A stretch of 64,000 bases of DNA from Campylobacterales bacterium (GTDB lineage: Bacteria; Campylobacterota; Campylobacteria; Campylobacterales; UBA6016): positions 21,048-85,047 of the forward strand of contig JAYSBP010000003.1 of assembly GCA_041915365.1 (NCBI GenBank). The letters are read 5' to 3'. Position numbers and translations under genes: made by a program. The first letter of the stretch is position 1; every line of letters starts with the position of its first letter. Shown piece by piece: positions 27,926 to 38,915 of the stretch. The notes beneath the pieces were generated by a model that ran no database searches, was not told where the DNA came from, and saw nothing but the letters and a program-made list of their open reading frames with translations.

Positions 27926-28453
27926 ATGCTACTTAAAAAAGCTATTTTTCTAGATAGAGACGGAGTAATCAACGTCGAAAAAGACTATGCCTACAAAATA
28001 GAGGAGTTTGAGTTTTTGTCTGGTGTATTTGAAGCCGTAAAATACTTCAACGAACTGGGCTTTATCGTAGTAGTAGTCACAAACCAATCAGGCATCGCAA
28101 GAGGGTACTACACGGAAGATGATTTTTGGAAGCTTAGTGAATATATGCTTGGTTGCTTTGAAAAAAATGGAGCAAAAATATCAAAAATATACCACTGCCC
28201 ACACGGCCCAAACGACGGATGCGAATGTCGTAAGCCGCTTGCGGGAATGTTCATAAAAGCCCAAAAAGAGCTCGGGATAGATATGCGAAACAGCTGGATG
28301 ATAGGCGACAAAGAGGGGGATATAAAAGCCGCTATAACCGCAGGAGTGGGCTCCACGATACTTGTCAGAAGCGGGCATGAAATAGATGAGAAAAATACCG
28401 AAGCGGACTTCGTAGTTAACGGTATTTTTGATACAATTAACCTAATCAAATAA
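27926..28453 (+). CDS. gmhB: D-glycero-D-manno-heptose 1,7-bisphosphate phosphatase
   Basis: HAD motif FLDRDGVIN, VVTNQSGIARGYY, CxC zinc site CECRKP. Confidence 0.9.
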   Translation: MLLKKAIFLDRDGVINVEKDYAYKIEEFEFLSGVFEAVKYFNELGFIVVVVTNQSGIARGYYTEDDFWKLSEYMLGCFEKNGAKISKIYHCPHGPNDGCECRKPLAGMFIKAQKELGIDMRNSWMIGDKEGDIKAAITAGVGSTILVRSGHEIDEKNTEADFVVNGIFDTINLIK

Positions 28454-28464
28454 GGGAATTTTAT

Positions 28465-29436
28465 ATGAAATACATAGATTTAGACCTAAACGGCAAAAAA
28501 GTATTGATAACTGGCGGCGCTGGCTTTGTCGGCTCAAACGTAGCTTTTCACATACAAGAGAACTATCCTGAGGCTCAAATTGTAATATTTGACGCTTTTG
28601 TACTGGGTCACTTCAAAAACCTTCAAGGTTTCAAAGGCGAAGTAATAGCCGGAGACATCACGGATCCTGCGGCTATGCAAAGACTCAGAGTTCATAAATT
28701 CGACTATATATTCCATCAAGCGGCAATTTCTGACACGACCGTAATGGACCAGAAAAAAATGGTCGAGGCTAATACAAATGCGTTTGGCGACATACTTGAT
28801 ATGGCTGTTGAGATGGGTGCGGATGTAGTATATGCAAGCTCTGCGGGAACGTACGGCAATTCCGCTGCTCCAAACTGCATAGGCAGCGGTGAAGAGCCTG
28901 AGAATGTCTACGGCTTTAGTAAACTTATGATGGACAACTTGGCTGCAAGATACATCAAATATCACCCAAACCTCAAAATAGTAGGTCTAAGATATTTCAA
29001 CGTCTATGGGCCTAGAGAGTTTTACAAAGGGACTACGGCGTCGATGATACTTCAGCTAGGTCTAAAACTACTAAGGGGCGATGCTCCAAAACTCTTCAAA
29101 TGGGGAGAGCAAAAAAGAGACTTTGTATACATAGAAGACGTGGTGCAAGCGAACATCAAGGCACTTGAGACAAAAAAAAGCGGCGTTTATAACGTGGGTG
29201 GCGGCGTAGCTAGACAATACAATGAGCTTTTCGGTGCGCTGACTTCGTCTATCGGCGTTGAAAGAGCCATAGAATACATAGACAACCCATATAAATTTTT
29301 TCAAAATCACACCGAAGCGGATATATCGCTAACGAGAGAATATCTCGGGTATGAGCCTAGATTTACACTTGAAGATGGTATCAAAGCGTATTCCGACGAA
29401 ATAAAAGCAATCGCAAAAAGAGAATACGGCGTATGA
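28465..29436 (+). CDS. hldD: ADP-glyceromanno-heptose 6-epimerase
   Basis: ITGGAGFVGSNV and YGFSK (YxxxK). 323 aa. Lies between gmhB and hldE. Confidence 0.9.
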   Translation: MKYIDLDLNGKKVLITGGAGFVGSNVAFHIQENYPEAQIVIFDAFVLGHFKNLQGFKGEVIAGDITDPAAMQRLRVHKFDYIFHQAAISDTTVMDQKKMVEANTNAFGDILDMAVEMGADVVYASSAGTYGNSAAPNCIGSGEEPENVYGFSKLMMDNLAARYIKYHPNLKIVGLRYFNVYGPREFYKGTTASMILQLGLKLLRGDAPKLFKWGEQKRDFVYIEDVVQANIKALETKKSGVYNVGGGVARQYNELFGALTSSIGVERAIEYIDNPYKFFQNHTEADISLTREYLGYEPRFTLEDGIKAYSDEIKAIAKREYGV

Positions 29437-30878
29437 TAGAGCTACTCTCTCGTAAACGTCCAAATATCCTAGTCGTCGGCGACTTGATGCTGGATGCTTA
29501 TATGTGGGGTGGGGCTGATAGAATAAGCCCGGAAGCCCCCGTACCGGTAGTGGCCGTAACCAAAGAGACAAAAAGCCTAGGTGGAGCAGGTAACGTCGTA
29601 GCCAACCTAACAAGTCTGGGAGCAAACGTATGGGTATCTAGCATCCTAGGCAACGACGAAGCCGCAAAAATAATAAAATCGGAGTTTACGAGACTTGGGG
29701 CAGATGTTGGCGGAATATTCGAGGACGAGGCTCGCACAACATCGCTAAAAACAAGGGTAATGGCCGGAGCACATCAGATAGTTAGGTTTGACAAAGAGAG
29801 CAAAGATGAGATAAACGCTCACAACGAGGAGAAAATCTACGCTTTCGCCTCTTCAAATATAAGCTCATTTGATGCGATACTGCTCTCTGATTACAAAAAA
29901 GGTGTTATCACAGACACCCTATCACAAAAGCTAATTGCGCTTGCAAACGACAAAAACATTCCAGTCCTAGCCGATCCAAAAGGCTCTGATTATTCAAAAT
30001 ACAAAAATGCGACCCTCTTGACGCCAAACAAGAAAGAGGCGAAAGAGGCCACAAAGATAGACATCAAAGACGATGATACTCTGGTGGCTGCTGGATTAAA
30101 ACTAAAACGTGAGCTAAACCTCAAATACTCGGTAATCACGCTCTCCGAAGACGGTATCGGTATATTTGACGAGGGTAAAACCATAAAGCTTCCAACACTT
30201 GCCCAAGAGGTATTCGACGTAACCGGTGCCGGTGATACGGTGCTCTCAGCTCTAGGTATTGCCCTAGCCCTTGGTACAGACATCGTAGAGGCAGCAAAAT
30301 TTGCCAACAAGGCTGCGGCGGTAGTAGTAGCAAAAGTAGGAAGCGCTACCGTCACGGTGCAAGAGATAATATCCTTTGAAAACAAAGACGGCTCAGAAGA
30401 GTATGCAGACAAAGTTGTCAGTAGAGAATATCTAGCAAAGCTAGTAAAAGAACTAAAACAAAACGGCAAAAAAGTCGTATTTACAAACGGCTGCTTCGAT
30501 ATACTCCACAGCGGACACGTCAAATATCTTTCAGAGGCTAGAAAACTAGGGGATGCTTTGGTGCTTGGACTAAATACCGACGCAAGCGTAAAGGCGCTAA
30601 AAGGCGAAGGACGACCGATAAACAACGAGGCAGATAGAGCTAGCGTACTTGCGGCGCTTGGCTTTGTGGATTTTGTCACACTTTTTGGCGAAGAGACGCC
30701 AAAAGAGCTGATAGACGAGCTAATACCGGATATTTTGGTCAAGGGTGCGGACTATAAACCAGAAGAGATAGTAGGCTACGACACCGTCACTAATAACGGC
30801 GGCAAAGTAATTACTATTGAGCTTGTCGAGGGGAGATCCACGACAAAAACCATAGAAAAAATCAAGGCAAACTCTTGA
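29433..30878 (+). CDS. hldE: Bifunctional heptose 7-phosphate kinase / heptose 1-phosphate adenylyltransferase
   Basis: Ribokinase-like N-domain (DVTGAGDT) plus a cytidylyltransferase-like C-domain (FTNGCFDILHSGHVKYL). Confidence 0.95.
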   Translation: MIELLSRKRPNILVVGDLMLDAYMWGGADRISPEAPVPVVAVTKETKSLGGAGNVVANLTSLGANVWVSSILGNDEAAKIIKSEFTRLGADVGGIFEDEARTTSLKTRVMAGAHQIVRFDKESKDEINAHNEEKIYAFASSNISSFDAILLSDYKKGVITDTLSQKLIALANDKNIPVLADPKGSDYSKYKNATLLTPNKKEAKEATKIDIKDDDTLVAAGLKLKRELNLKYSVITLSEDGIGIFDEGKTIKLPTLAQEVFDVTGAGDTVLSALGIALALGTDIVEAAKFANKAAAVVVAKVGSATVTVQEIISFENKDGSEEYADKVVSREYLAKLVKELKQNGKKVVFTNGCFDILHSGHVKYLSEARKLGDALVLGLNTDASVKALKGEGRPINNEADRASVLAALGFVDFVTLFGEETPKELIDELIPDILVKGADYKPEEIVGYDTVTNNGGKVITIELVEGRSTTKTIEKIKANS

Positions 30879-31336
30879 AGCAAAACTTGGGGAAAATAAT
30901 CATAGCCGTGATTGCGGCTATTTTTTTGATTCCTGTTGCGTACTCGATAATAATGGCCTTTATCCCTGAAAACGACAAAAGCGTGCTTACGGAGGCTTCG
31001 CAAGTAAGCACGCTCACAGGGGAGCAACTATATAGCAAATGCGCTCCATGCCACGGCAACAATGGAGACGGCAGTGATGCTTATCCGCCTCTCAACACGC
31101 TAACCAAAGATAGGCTCGTAGAACTGATAGCCGGCTATCAAGCCGGTAGCTTAGGTGGTGGTAACAACAAGAGATTGATGCAAGTGCAAGTACAAGGAAT
31201 CGGTAAAGAAGACGCCGCAAAACTAGCGGAATATGTGACAAAACTCAAACCTAGACAAAAAAGCGACAAAGAGCTTCAAGATATGAGGCAAAAAAAGAAA
31301 GAACAAAAAATAGACATAACGGGGATAAGCTCATGA
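30875..31336 (+). CDS. Membrane-anchored monohaem c-type cytochrome (class I-like)
   Basis: N-terminal TM anchor ([22 protein letters not shown]), haem site CAPCHG, candidate distal Met (RLMQVQ). ATGA overlaps with both hldE and gmhA. Confidence 0.7.
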   Translation: MKQNLGKIIIAVIAAIFLIPVAYSIIMAFIPENDKSVLTEASQVSTLTGEQLYSKCAPCHGNNGDGSDAYPPLNTLTKDRLVELIAGYQAGSLGGGNNKRLMQVQVQGIGKEDAAKLAEYVTKLKPRQKSDKELQDMRQKKKEQKIDITGISS

Positions 31337-31899
31337 AAGAGATGATACTAAAAGAGCTAGAGGGACACCTAGCGACTACACAAAAGGTGATAGAGACGCT
31401 AATGCCGCAAATAGAAGCGGCGTCAAAAATGGCTGTTGAAACGCTAAAGGCTGGTGGCAAAGTGTTGATATTTGGTAATGGCGGAAGTGCGGCAGACGCA
31501 CAGCATATAGCCGCAGAGCTAACGGGTAGATACAAGACCGAGCGCCCTAGCCTTGCAGGCATAGCCCTTACCACCGACACATCGGCATTGACGGCTATCG
31601 GCAACGACTACGGATACGATAGAGTGTTTGATAGGCAACTAGAAGGACTAGGTAGAGCGGGCGACCTCGCTATCGGCATATCTACAAGCGGAAATAGCAA
31701 AAATGTCATAAGTGCGTTAGAGCTAGCCAAACAAAAAGGGATGAAAACACTAGGACTCAGCGGTAGAGACGGCGGCGGCATGAACTCAGCATGCGAGCTA
31801 AACATCGTAATCCCATCATCCGACACACCTAGAATCCAAGAGATGCATATCACTATCGGGCATATTATCTGTCAGGCTATTGACAATAGTTTTAAATAG
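31333..31899 (+). CDS. gmhA: Phosphoheptose (sedoheptulose-7-phosphate) isomerase
   Basis: SIS-domain pattern [17 protein letters not shown] and GISTSGNS. Confidence 0.92.
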   Translation: MKEMILKELEGHLATTQKVIETLMPQIEAASKMAVETLKAGGKVLIFGNGGSAADAQHIAAELTGRYKTERPSLAGIALTTDTSALTAIGNDYGYDRVFDRQLEGLGRAGDLAIGISTSGNSKNVISALELAKQKGMKTLGLSGRDGGGMNSACELNIVIPSSDTPRIQEMHITIGHIICQAIDNSFK

Positions 31900-31907
31900 T
31901 AACCAAA

Positions 31908-32867
31908 TCAGATAACAACTCTTTTGGCCGCCTCCAAAACCTCGGCGGCTTCTATCAACCTCATACAGTCATGATGTTTTAGCGGACAGGTGCGTTTTTT
32001 GCACGGGCGGCATTTCATATCTTTTTTGACTACGGTGTAATGCGGATTGCCCCATGCGGCAGTCTCATTCTCATCCGTAGAGCCAAATATCGCTATGGTC
32101 GGCACAGCAAAAGCAGCGGCGATGTGCATAGGACCACTGTCATTGGTGATGAACAGCTTTGCTGAAGCTATGAGGTCTATTAGCTCCCTCATTGTCGTTT
32201 TGCCAACAAGGTTTTGATAGTTTGTCACACCGTGTGCTTTTAGTGTCTCCTCCACCTGTGCGCATATATCCGCTTCATTTGGTGCGCCAACAATGGCTAT
32301 ATCGTACTCTTTTGAAAGCCTTGCCGCCACTTCACCGAACCTATCGGCATCCCATCTCTTTGCCTCACCGTACGCCGCACCGGGATTGATGATGCATAGA
32401 TTTTTTGGAGTAGCGTTTGAGGCGATATGCAGTTTCTCAGTCACCGTCATACAAAAAGGTCGCACAAGCTCCAAATAACGTAGCACCTGATGGATTTTCT
32501 TGTTTTCCTTTGGGGCATGAGTAAGAAAAAGAGAGCGAAACTCCCTAGCGTAGCCCATACGCACTTTGGAACCTGTAAAAAAGAGAAATAGAGCCGACAA
32601 AAACGAGTTTTGGAGAGTAATCGCCATATCAAAGTTTCCTAGCTCTTTTGCCATTTTATACAGCCAAAGAACTCTGCTTTTTGCTTTCTTGCTCTCATCT
32701 ACGACAAGCCGCTCTACCCTCTCGTCACCTTCAAAAAGGGACAATGCCACAGGCGTACCCACAAGGGTAAAAAGCGCAGTTGGATACGAGGCTTTGAGGC
32801 TCTCTATTGTTGGGGTCGCCATCACGGCGTCGCCTAGCCAATTTGGAAGTCGAACTAATATCTTCAT
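31908..32867 (-). CDS. waaF: ADP-heptose:LPS heptosyltransferase II-like (GT9)
   Basis: MKILVRLPNWLGDAVMATPTI and FITNDSGPMHIAAA motifs. Convergent with gmhA, as at the C. jejuni waaF/gmhA junction. The exact acceptor is inferred. Confidence 0.8.
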   Translation of the reverse strand: MKILVRLPNWLGDAVMATPTIESLKASYPTALFTLVGTPVALSLFEGDERVERLVVDESKKAKSRVLWLYKMAKELGNFDMAITLQNSFLSALFLFFTGSKVRMGYAREFRSLFLTHAPKENKKIHQVLRYLELVRPFCMTVTEKLHIASNATPKNLCIINPGAAYGEAKRWDADRFGEVAARLSKEYDIAIVGAPNEADICAQVEETLKAHGVTNYQNLVGKTTMRELIDLIASAKLFITNDSGPMHIAAAFAVPTIAIFGSTDENETAAWGNPHYTVVKKDMKCRPCKKRTCPLKHHDCMRLIEAAEVLEAAKRVVI

Positions 32868-33940
32868 AGGCTTTCTAGTACCATTAGTGTCTCTTCGAGA
32901 TTGCGCTCCACACTAAATTCAAGCGATTTTGCTCTATTTGCTGCCTTGACGCTATCCAAAAACTCCGCATTATCAAGTAGCTTATGAAGCGTGGGCAATA
33001 TATCCATATCCATCGGATTTTTCATCACGAAAACTTCATCAATAACCTCAGACGCTCCGTTTTGCGCCGTGGTAATAACGGCACATCCTCCAGCCATCGC
33101 CTCAAGACACACATTTGAAAAAGGCTCGTAGCGTGTGGGGAACAAGAAAATATCACTTGCGGCGTAAAATCTATCGGTATCTTTTCTAGCGCCTGTAAAA
33201 ATAGCGTCCACTCCAAACTCTTTCGCTTTTTGTTTGTATTTGGCCATTTTTTTTTCTTTGCCTACTATCAAGACGGCGCAATCATCTATGCCAAGCCTCG
33301 ATACAATCTCCAAAAACTCCATCACGCCCTTGCGAGCAAAACCGCTACCAACAAATAAAATAATCTTTTTATCTTGCGAAATACCAAACTCGGAGCATAT
33401 CGCCTCTTTGCAAACCGAACTATCTAAGCTATTTGCAGACACGCCGTTGTAAACAATCTCTATTTTGGCTTTATCTATACCGTAGCAACGAACGATGTCG
33501 TTTTTGACAAACTTTGAGTTTGCGATTATTTTGCGGGAGTTTTGGAAAGTTCTACGCTCAAGCAATAGATACACGGCTTGCAAAGGATTTGAAAATACGG
33601 CGAAACGACTTTCGCCATATGAGAGTCTGGTCTCTAGCCAAGCCTTGTGCACGCCATCACCAGCACGGTAAACATCAGCACACGGCAGACGCTCCAGCGA
33701 AAATAGTAGTTCGTCATCTCTTTTTTGTTTGCAAGCAAAAAAGGCAAAGCTAAGTATTCGTAAAAATGAAGGTAAAAACTTTGGAGAGGCGATTTTGACG
33801 GCATTTTCATCAATCCAGTTGGTCGAAAACACACGAAAAGGAACATTTTTTTCTCTCATTGCCGTTATAACTCTAGCAAGATAGTTCTCAGCGCCACCAA
33901 AAGGTGTATATTTAAACCTTGCTAGCGCTATTTTTTTCAT
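32864..33940 (-). CDS. Glycosyltransferase family 4
   Basis: GT-B C-terminal pattern ASDIFLFPTRYEPFSNVCLEAMAGGCAVITT (EX7E). Confidence 0.75.
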   Translation of the reverse strand: MKKIALARFKYTPFGGAENYLARVITAMREKNVPFRVFSTNWIDENAVKIASPKFLPSFLRILSFAFFACKQKRDDELLFSLERLPCADVYRAGDGVHKAWLETRLSYGESRFAVFSNPLQAVYLLLERRTFQNSRKIIANSKFVKNDIVRCYGIDKAKIEIVYNGVSANSLDSSVCKEAICSEFGISQDKKIILFVGSGFARKGVMEFLEIVSRLGIDDCAVLIVGKEKKMAKYKQKAKEFGVDAIFTGARKDTDRFYAASDIFLFPTRYEPFSNVCLEAMAGGCAVITTAQNGASEVIDEVFVMKNPMDMDILPTLHKLLDNAEFLDSVKAANRAKSLEFSVERNLEETLMVLESL

Positions 33941-35255
33941 TTTTCTCTTGTATTGTAAGAGCTAGAAATAACCCAGCTAAAAACATAAACTGCTCCAGCA
34001 TATGGTCCCTAATAATGCTGTCAAACATCATCCTGAAAAAATATCCACCGGCTATAAAACACAAAATTAATCCGAAGTAGCTTTTGTCATTGAAAAACTG
34101 TCTTATCCCATAAAAAGACAAATATGCAACAAAAAATAACCAGCCTAGCATACCAGGAATACCAGCGCCGATACCCAAATCTATAATTCCGCTATGAGAG
34201 TGTTTTCCAATATTCTTCTTATCTTCGTTATATTTTGAGACAATAGAGTGACCAAAGGCAGTTCTGCCATATCCATATCCAAATGGCTTTTCTAAAATAA
34301 AACTTATGCCGGCAACGATCCAAGCAGGCCGCTCATAGTTCGAACTTATAGCAATTTTACCGTCTGAGAGTTTTGGATATTGATATTTTTCTGAATCAAT
34401 CCAACCCTTATTATGCTCTATGTCAATGGCCAATGATAGCGTCTCTTTTAGAGATGACCATCTGTCATCTCTTGTGATACTTGAATAAACAATTGCTGTC
34501 AGCAACAAAATAATTCCTGCCAAAATTGGAATTATTTTTTTAACTTTGAATACACCATTTGCTATAAAAAAAATTGTCATAAAAGTAATGGACATTATTG
34601 CAAATCCAATGGTGCCAAATCTAGTATTCTCAAATATCAAACTCAAAACTGCAAGGAGTATTAAAAAGCCGAGTTGAAACTTGTCCAATGGCAATGTTGT
34701 CTTTCCAAAAAGGGTTCTAAAAAGAACTTCCGTAAATAAAATAGCAAGTGCAAAGTTTGTTATATAGTTATCTTTCTCACCACCCTCTGTAAGCCCCATA
34801 ATCCTAAATGGAAAATCGCCGTTATCGACAAACATTCTTACCGACTTCAAGTCTAAAAATATAAAATAGATAGCAACAACAAATGCAATCGATAGAAATA
34901 TTTTTTTACCGCTAATCGAAGCAGAGAAAATACCGATTACAAATGCCAAAAGGGCTACCAACCACTGCCCATTTATCTCCTTTATACTCCAATTTGGCTC
35001 TGTCGATAAAAAAAAGGCAACAAAGTAAAACCATGCTGTCAAAAAAAATAAAACATATGCGAATGGCTTTAATTCCGGCAAAGCAAATGGATTGTTTTTG
35101 TCTTTTATAAAAATCCACAAACATATCGTCACGCTTGCGGCAAGTAAAATATATCTCACGGCTATCGTTCTAGGAATTGGCCACACAAACATCAAAGACG
35201 CAACAGTAAAAAGTAGCGCATAGACCAATCTGTCTCTAGTAAATATGCCGCTCAC
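33912..35255 (-). CDS. waaL: O-antigen ligase family protein (WaaL-like)
   Basis: 447 aa and polytopic. A Wzy_C-like loop with [25 protein letters not shown] start overlapping the upstream stop (GTGA). Confidence 0.7.
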   Translation of the reverse strand: MSGIFTRDRLVYALLFTVASLMFVWPIPRTIAVRYILLAASVTICLWIFIKDKNNPFALPELKPFAYVLFFLTAWFYFVAFFLSTEPNWSIKEINGQWLVALLAFVIGIFSASISGKKIFLSIAFVVAIYFIFLDLKSVRMFVDNGDFPFRIMGLTEGGEKDNYITNFALAILFTEVLFRTLFGKTTLPLDKFQLGFLILLAVLSLIFENTRFGTIGFAIMSITFMTIFFIANGVFKVKKIIPILAGIILLLTAIVYSSITRDDRWSSLKETLSLAIDIEHNKGWIDSEKYQYPKLSDGKIAISSNYERPAWIVAGISFILEKPFGYGYGRTAFGHSIVSKYNEDKKNIGKHSHSGIIDLGIGAGIPGMLGWLFFVAYLSFYGIRQFFNDKSYFGLILCFIAGGYFFRMMFDSIIRDHMLEQFMFLAGLFLALTIQEKNEKNSASKV

Positions 35256-36505
35256 AGCCTCTTATCCACCTTTTCTTTTCCAAGTACGCCTTTAATGTCA
35301 TATACCACGGAATTTTCATTTTTGATAGAATCTATATCTATGTCTTGAAACTCTTTATGTGCCACGGCTAGAACAACGGCATTATATTTACCGTTTGGCC
35401 TATCAATCAGCGTTGCGCCATATTCATGCTCCACCTCAGCAGCGTCCGCCCATGGGTCATACACATCCACGTCGCATCCAAAGTCTTTTAACTCAGCAAT
35501 CACGTCTATCACTCTTGAATTTCTGATGTCTGGGCAGTTTTCTTTAAACGTAATTCCAAGCACCAAGGTTCTGGCACCGTCAACTTTATGTGATTTTTTG
35601 ATTAGAAGTTTCACAACTTCCTTTGCCACATAAGCGCCCATATTGTCATTAATCCTTCGTCCAGAGAGAATGACCTCTGGGTGATACCCTAGACTCTCAG
35701 CCTTGAAAGTGAGATAGTACGGGTCCACGCCGATACAATGCCCGCCAACCAGGCCTGGACGAAACGGCAAAAAGTTCCATTTTGTACCGGCCGCCGCCAA
35801 AACGTCAAGCGTATCGATTCCCATTTTACTAAATATGATAGAAAGTTCGTTGACAAAGGCTATGTTTATATCTCGCTGAGAGTTTTCTATTACCTTTGCC
35901 GCCTCTGCAACCTTAATTGATGACGCTTTGTATGTGCCGGCCGTTATTATAGAGGAATACAGTTCATCAACTTTGTCGGCAGTATTTGGTGTTGAGCCGG
36001 ATGTTACCTTTAGGATTTTTGTTACAGTATGCTCTTTATCGCCAGGATTTATACGCTCAGGCGAGTAGCCACAAAAGAAGTCTTCATTGAATTTTAGGCC
36101 GCTTATCCGCTCAAGCACAGGGACGCAATCCTCCTCCGTGCACCCAGGATACACCGTGCTCTCATAAATTACTATGTCGTCTTTTTTGAGTGCGCCGCCA
36201 ACAGTCTCACTGGCTTTAATAAGGGGAGTAAGATCTGGGCGCTTATACTCGTCAACAGGAGTCGGAACCGTCACTATAAAAACATTACAGCTTTTTAGGT
36301 CGTCTTTGACGCAAGAAAAAGTCAAATGCGTGGAAGATTTTAGATTTGCCTCATCCACTTCAAGCGTTCTATCATAGCCTCTCTCAAGCTCTCCGATTCT
36401 ATCTTTATTGATGTCAAAACCTAGCACGGGATACTTTTTGCCAAATTCCACCGCAAGTGGTAATCCCACATAGCCAAGCCCTATTATCGCTATCTTCACA
36501 TTCAC
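35252..36505 (-). CDS. UDP-N-acetylhexosamine 6-dehydrogenase family (TviB/WbpO-like nucleotide-sugar dehydrogenase)
   Basis: [14 protein letters not shown] Rossmann motif and catalytic Cys in [11 protein letters not shown]. 417 aa. Confidence 0.8.
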   Translation of the reverse strand: MNVKIAIIGLGYVGLPLAVEFGKKYPVLGFDINKDRIGELERGYDRTLEVDEANLKSSTHLTFSCVKDDLKSCNVFIVTVPTPVDEYKRPDLTPLIKASETVGGALKKDDIVIYESTVYPGCTEEDCVPVLERISGLKFNEDFFCGYSPERINPGDKEHTVTKILKVTSGSTPNTADKVDELYSSIITAGTYKASSIKVAEAAKVIENSQRDINIAFVNELSIIFSKMGIDTLDVLAAAGTKWNFLPFRPGLVGGHCIGVDPYYLTFKAESLGYHPEVILSGRRINDNMGAYVAKEVVKLLIKKSHKVDGARTLVLGITFKENCPDIRNSRVIDVIAELKDFGCDVDVYDPWADAAEVEHEYGATLIDRPNGKYNAVVLAVAHKEFQDIDIDSIKNENSVVYDIKGVLGKEKVDKRL

Positions 36506-37827
36506 TGCGCAACGCCTATTTGATGGTATTCAAATCCTAACTCTTTTAGTTTTAGTTCATCGTATTGGTTTCTGCCGTCAAAAATAATTTTTTGCTTCAT
36601 TTTTTCAGCTAACTCATAAAAATCAGGGCTTCTAAACTCTTTCCACTCCGTCACAAGTATCATTGCTTCCGCCCCACTTATCGCTTCATATTTATTTTCG
36701 ACATACTCTACGGCTACGTCTTTTAGGTAGTGCTCTCTCGCTTCATGCACGGCTTTTGGGTCATACGCTTTCACCTTTGCCCCTCTGCTCACAAGCTCTT
36801 TTATAAGAGTAATACTAGAGGCCTCTCTCATATCATCAGTTTCTGGCTTGAAGCTAAGCCCCCAAATGCCAAACGTAAGCCCCGCAAGACTCTCCCCAAA
36901 TCTTTTAATGACTTTATTTGGCAAGACGCTTTTTTGGTCATAGTTCACAGCTTCTACGGCGTCAAGTATTCTCGGGGTGTAGCCATAATCTTTTGCGGTT
37001 TTGGCAAGTGCTTGCACGTCTTTTGGAAAACAACTTCCTCCATATCCACACCCAGGATAGATAAAGCTATATCCTATTCTACTATCAGAGCCTATTCCGA
37101 TTCGCACCTTATTGACATCTGCACCAACTCTTTCACAAATGTTTGACATCTCGTTCATAAAACTGATTTTAGTGGCAAGCATCGCATTTGCGGCGTATTT
37201 TGTCATCTCGGCAGAGCGGATGTCCATGCCTATAAACCTATCATGACTTCTGGTAAAAGGAGCATAGAGCTCCCGCATCACTTTCATTGCCTTCTCATTG
37301 TCAGCACCTATTACCACTCTATCTGGCTTCATAAAGTCCTCTATCGCAGCGCCCTCTTTCAAAAACTCAGGATTGGAGACTATGCTAAACTCTACATTGA
37401 GACCTCTTTTTTGTAGCTGAGCTTCTATCTCGGCTTTTACCTTGTCTGCCGTGCCAACTGGAACGGTAGATTTATCCACTACCACAAGCGGTTTTTTTAT
37501 GTGCTCACCTATGCTCTTTGCAACTGCGAGCACATATTTTAGGTCAGCGCTTCCATCCTCGCCCATTGGCGTTCCAACCGCTATAAAGCATACTTCACTA
37601 TTTTCTACAGCCGTTTTTATGTCCGTCGTAAACTTGAGAGTGCCTAGCTTGTAATTTTCTTTGACCATGTCCTCAAGACCGGGCTCGTATATTGGTATAA
37701 CGCCGTTATTTAACTTGTCTATTTTTTTTTCATCCACGTCTACGCAGACAACGCTATTTCCCATCTGAGCAAAACAAGTCCCGCTCACAAGACCAACATA
37801 TCCCGTCCCTATAATAGATATTTTCAA
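36502..37827 (-). CDS. ugd: UDP-glucose 6-dehydrogenase
   Basis: [24 protein letters not shown] catalytic Cys motif. 441 aa. Confidence 0.9.
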   Translation of the reverse strand: MKISIIGTGYVGLVSGTCFAQMGNSVVCVDVDEKKIDKLNNGVIPIYEPGLEDMVKENYKLGTLKFTTDIKTAVENSEVCFIAVGTPMGEDGSADLKYVLAVAKSIGEHIKKPLVVVDKSTVPVGTADKVKAEIEAQLQKRGLNVEFSIVSNPEFLKEGAAIEDFMKPDRVVIGADNEKAMKVMRELYAPFTRSHDRFIGMDIRSAEMTKYAANAMLATKISFMNEMSNICERVGADVNKVRIGIGSDSRIGYSFIYPGCGYGGSCFPKDVQALAKTAKDYGYTPRILDAVEAVNYDQKSVLPNKVIKRFGESLAGLTFGIWGLSFKPETDDMREASSITLIKELVSRGAKVKAYDPKAVHEAREHYLKDVAVEYVENKYEAISGAEAMILVTEWKEFRSPDFYELAEKMKQKIIFDGRNQYDELKLKELGFEYHQIGVAQ

Positions 37828-37841
37828 CTAACAACCAACCT

Positions 37842-38888
37842 TTATTTTTGATATATACAATCTTTATCCCCCATAACGATCACATCTGACGGCTGAAAAT
37901 ATTTATCGTATGTGTATACACCGAAAAATTCCCTATCAATCAAAACATCCACACATACTGGCCTTATACAATCTATAGAACCCTTTTTGCACTGCTTATT
38001 ACCAAATAAAGGCTCCCTCAAAATACGACATCTACTGCCGTTATCTAAAACCGTTTGTGCCGGCGTAACACTAAACAGGCATACAATATCTTTATCGAGT
38101 AGGTGTGCCAAATGCAGTGGTCCGCTATCAACGGTAATGACAAGATCGGCCTCGAGCATGCAGTCTAAAAAATATTGCGAAGCTCTCATTGTTTTTGCAA
38201 ATCTCACATGCCTAAACTCAAAGGGAATATCAACAACGTCATTCGAAGCAACAGTTATTTTTTCAGGACTAAATGCATCCTTAATTATATCAATAAGTAA
38301 TGCAATTTTGTCTTTTGGCACACATCTATCAGGCGCACTTGCCTCTGGACACACAAGAATATGCCCATATCTATCTTTTGGCATAAATGGAACATATTCC
38401 CAATTCGATATTGGCAAACAGACATACCTTCTTATTTGGTCATAAAAGTTATCGCTAGTCATTTTAATATTGTTTGCTCTGGTAAATTTTTTATAAAATG
38501 AGAATTTTTTTGCAAAAGATATTAAAAACTCTGATTCACTACCGGAACTCCAAGGATTAAGGCCAATATCTGCTTTAAACAACTTTATCCGAATAAGTGT
38601 AGTTATTAACCTTATTGGATTCCGTTTATTTAGTCCTATGGCAATATCCCTTGGGAAAAAATATCTAATATATGGTACAAACTGAGGCGGGACAACAAAC
38701 AATAAGCATTTTTGTGGATACCGCAACTGCAACTCTAAAATTACCTTAAGAACCGCAAAAAATTCACCGTTTCTATTAAAAATAGCAAACAATAATCTGT
38801 CAGCGCCATCAAAATCTTTAGTTTCAACTGTAAAGTCATCAATCTTCTTATAGCCCCTTGTGTCGAAGAACTTACTTAATAAATTCAC
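37842..38888 (-). CDS. Divergent GT9-like glycosyltransferase (paralog of 40058-41059)
   Basis: C-terminal VITVDSGPLHLAHLL GT9 motif. Shares NKRNP...LGxNPWSxGxxxEFxxSFAKK blocks with the 40058-41059 product. The N-terminal GD motif is degenerate. Confidence 0.6.
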   Translation of the reverse strand: MNLLSKFFDTRGYKKIDDFTVETKDFDGADRLLFAIFNRNGEFFAVLKVILELQLRYPQKCLLFVVPPQFVPYIRYFFPRDIAIGLNKRNPIRLITTLIRIKLFKADIGLNPWSSGSESEFLISFAKKFSFYKKFTRANNIKMTSDNFYDQIRRYVCLPISNWEYVPFMPKDRYGHILVCPEASAPDRCVPKDKIALLIDIIKDAFSPEKITVASNDVVDIPFEFRHVRFAKTMRASQYFLDCMLEADLVITVDSGPLHLAHLLDKDIVCLFSVTPAQTVLDNGSRCRILREPLFGNKQCKKGSIDCIRPVCVDVLIDREFFGVYTYDKYFQPSDVIVMGDKDCIYQK

Positions 38889-38915
38889 ATCTAAACCTTA
38901 TATTGTAAAACTTAC

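Noticed and set aside
29990-30742. 250-aa minus-strand ORF antisense to hldE
   Set aside because: It is a shadow ORF inside a highly conserved bifunctional gene, with an S/A/F-rich low-complexity translation.
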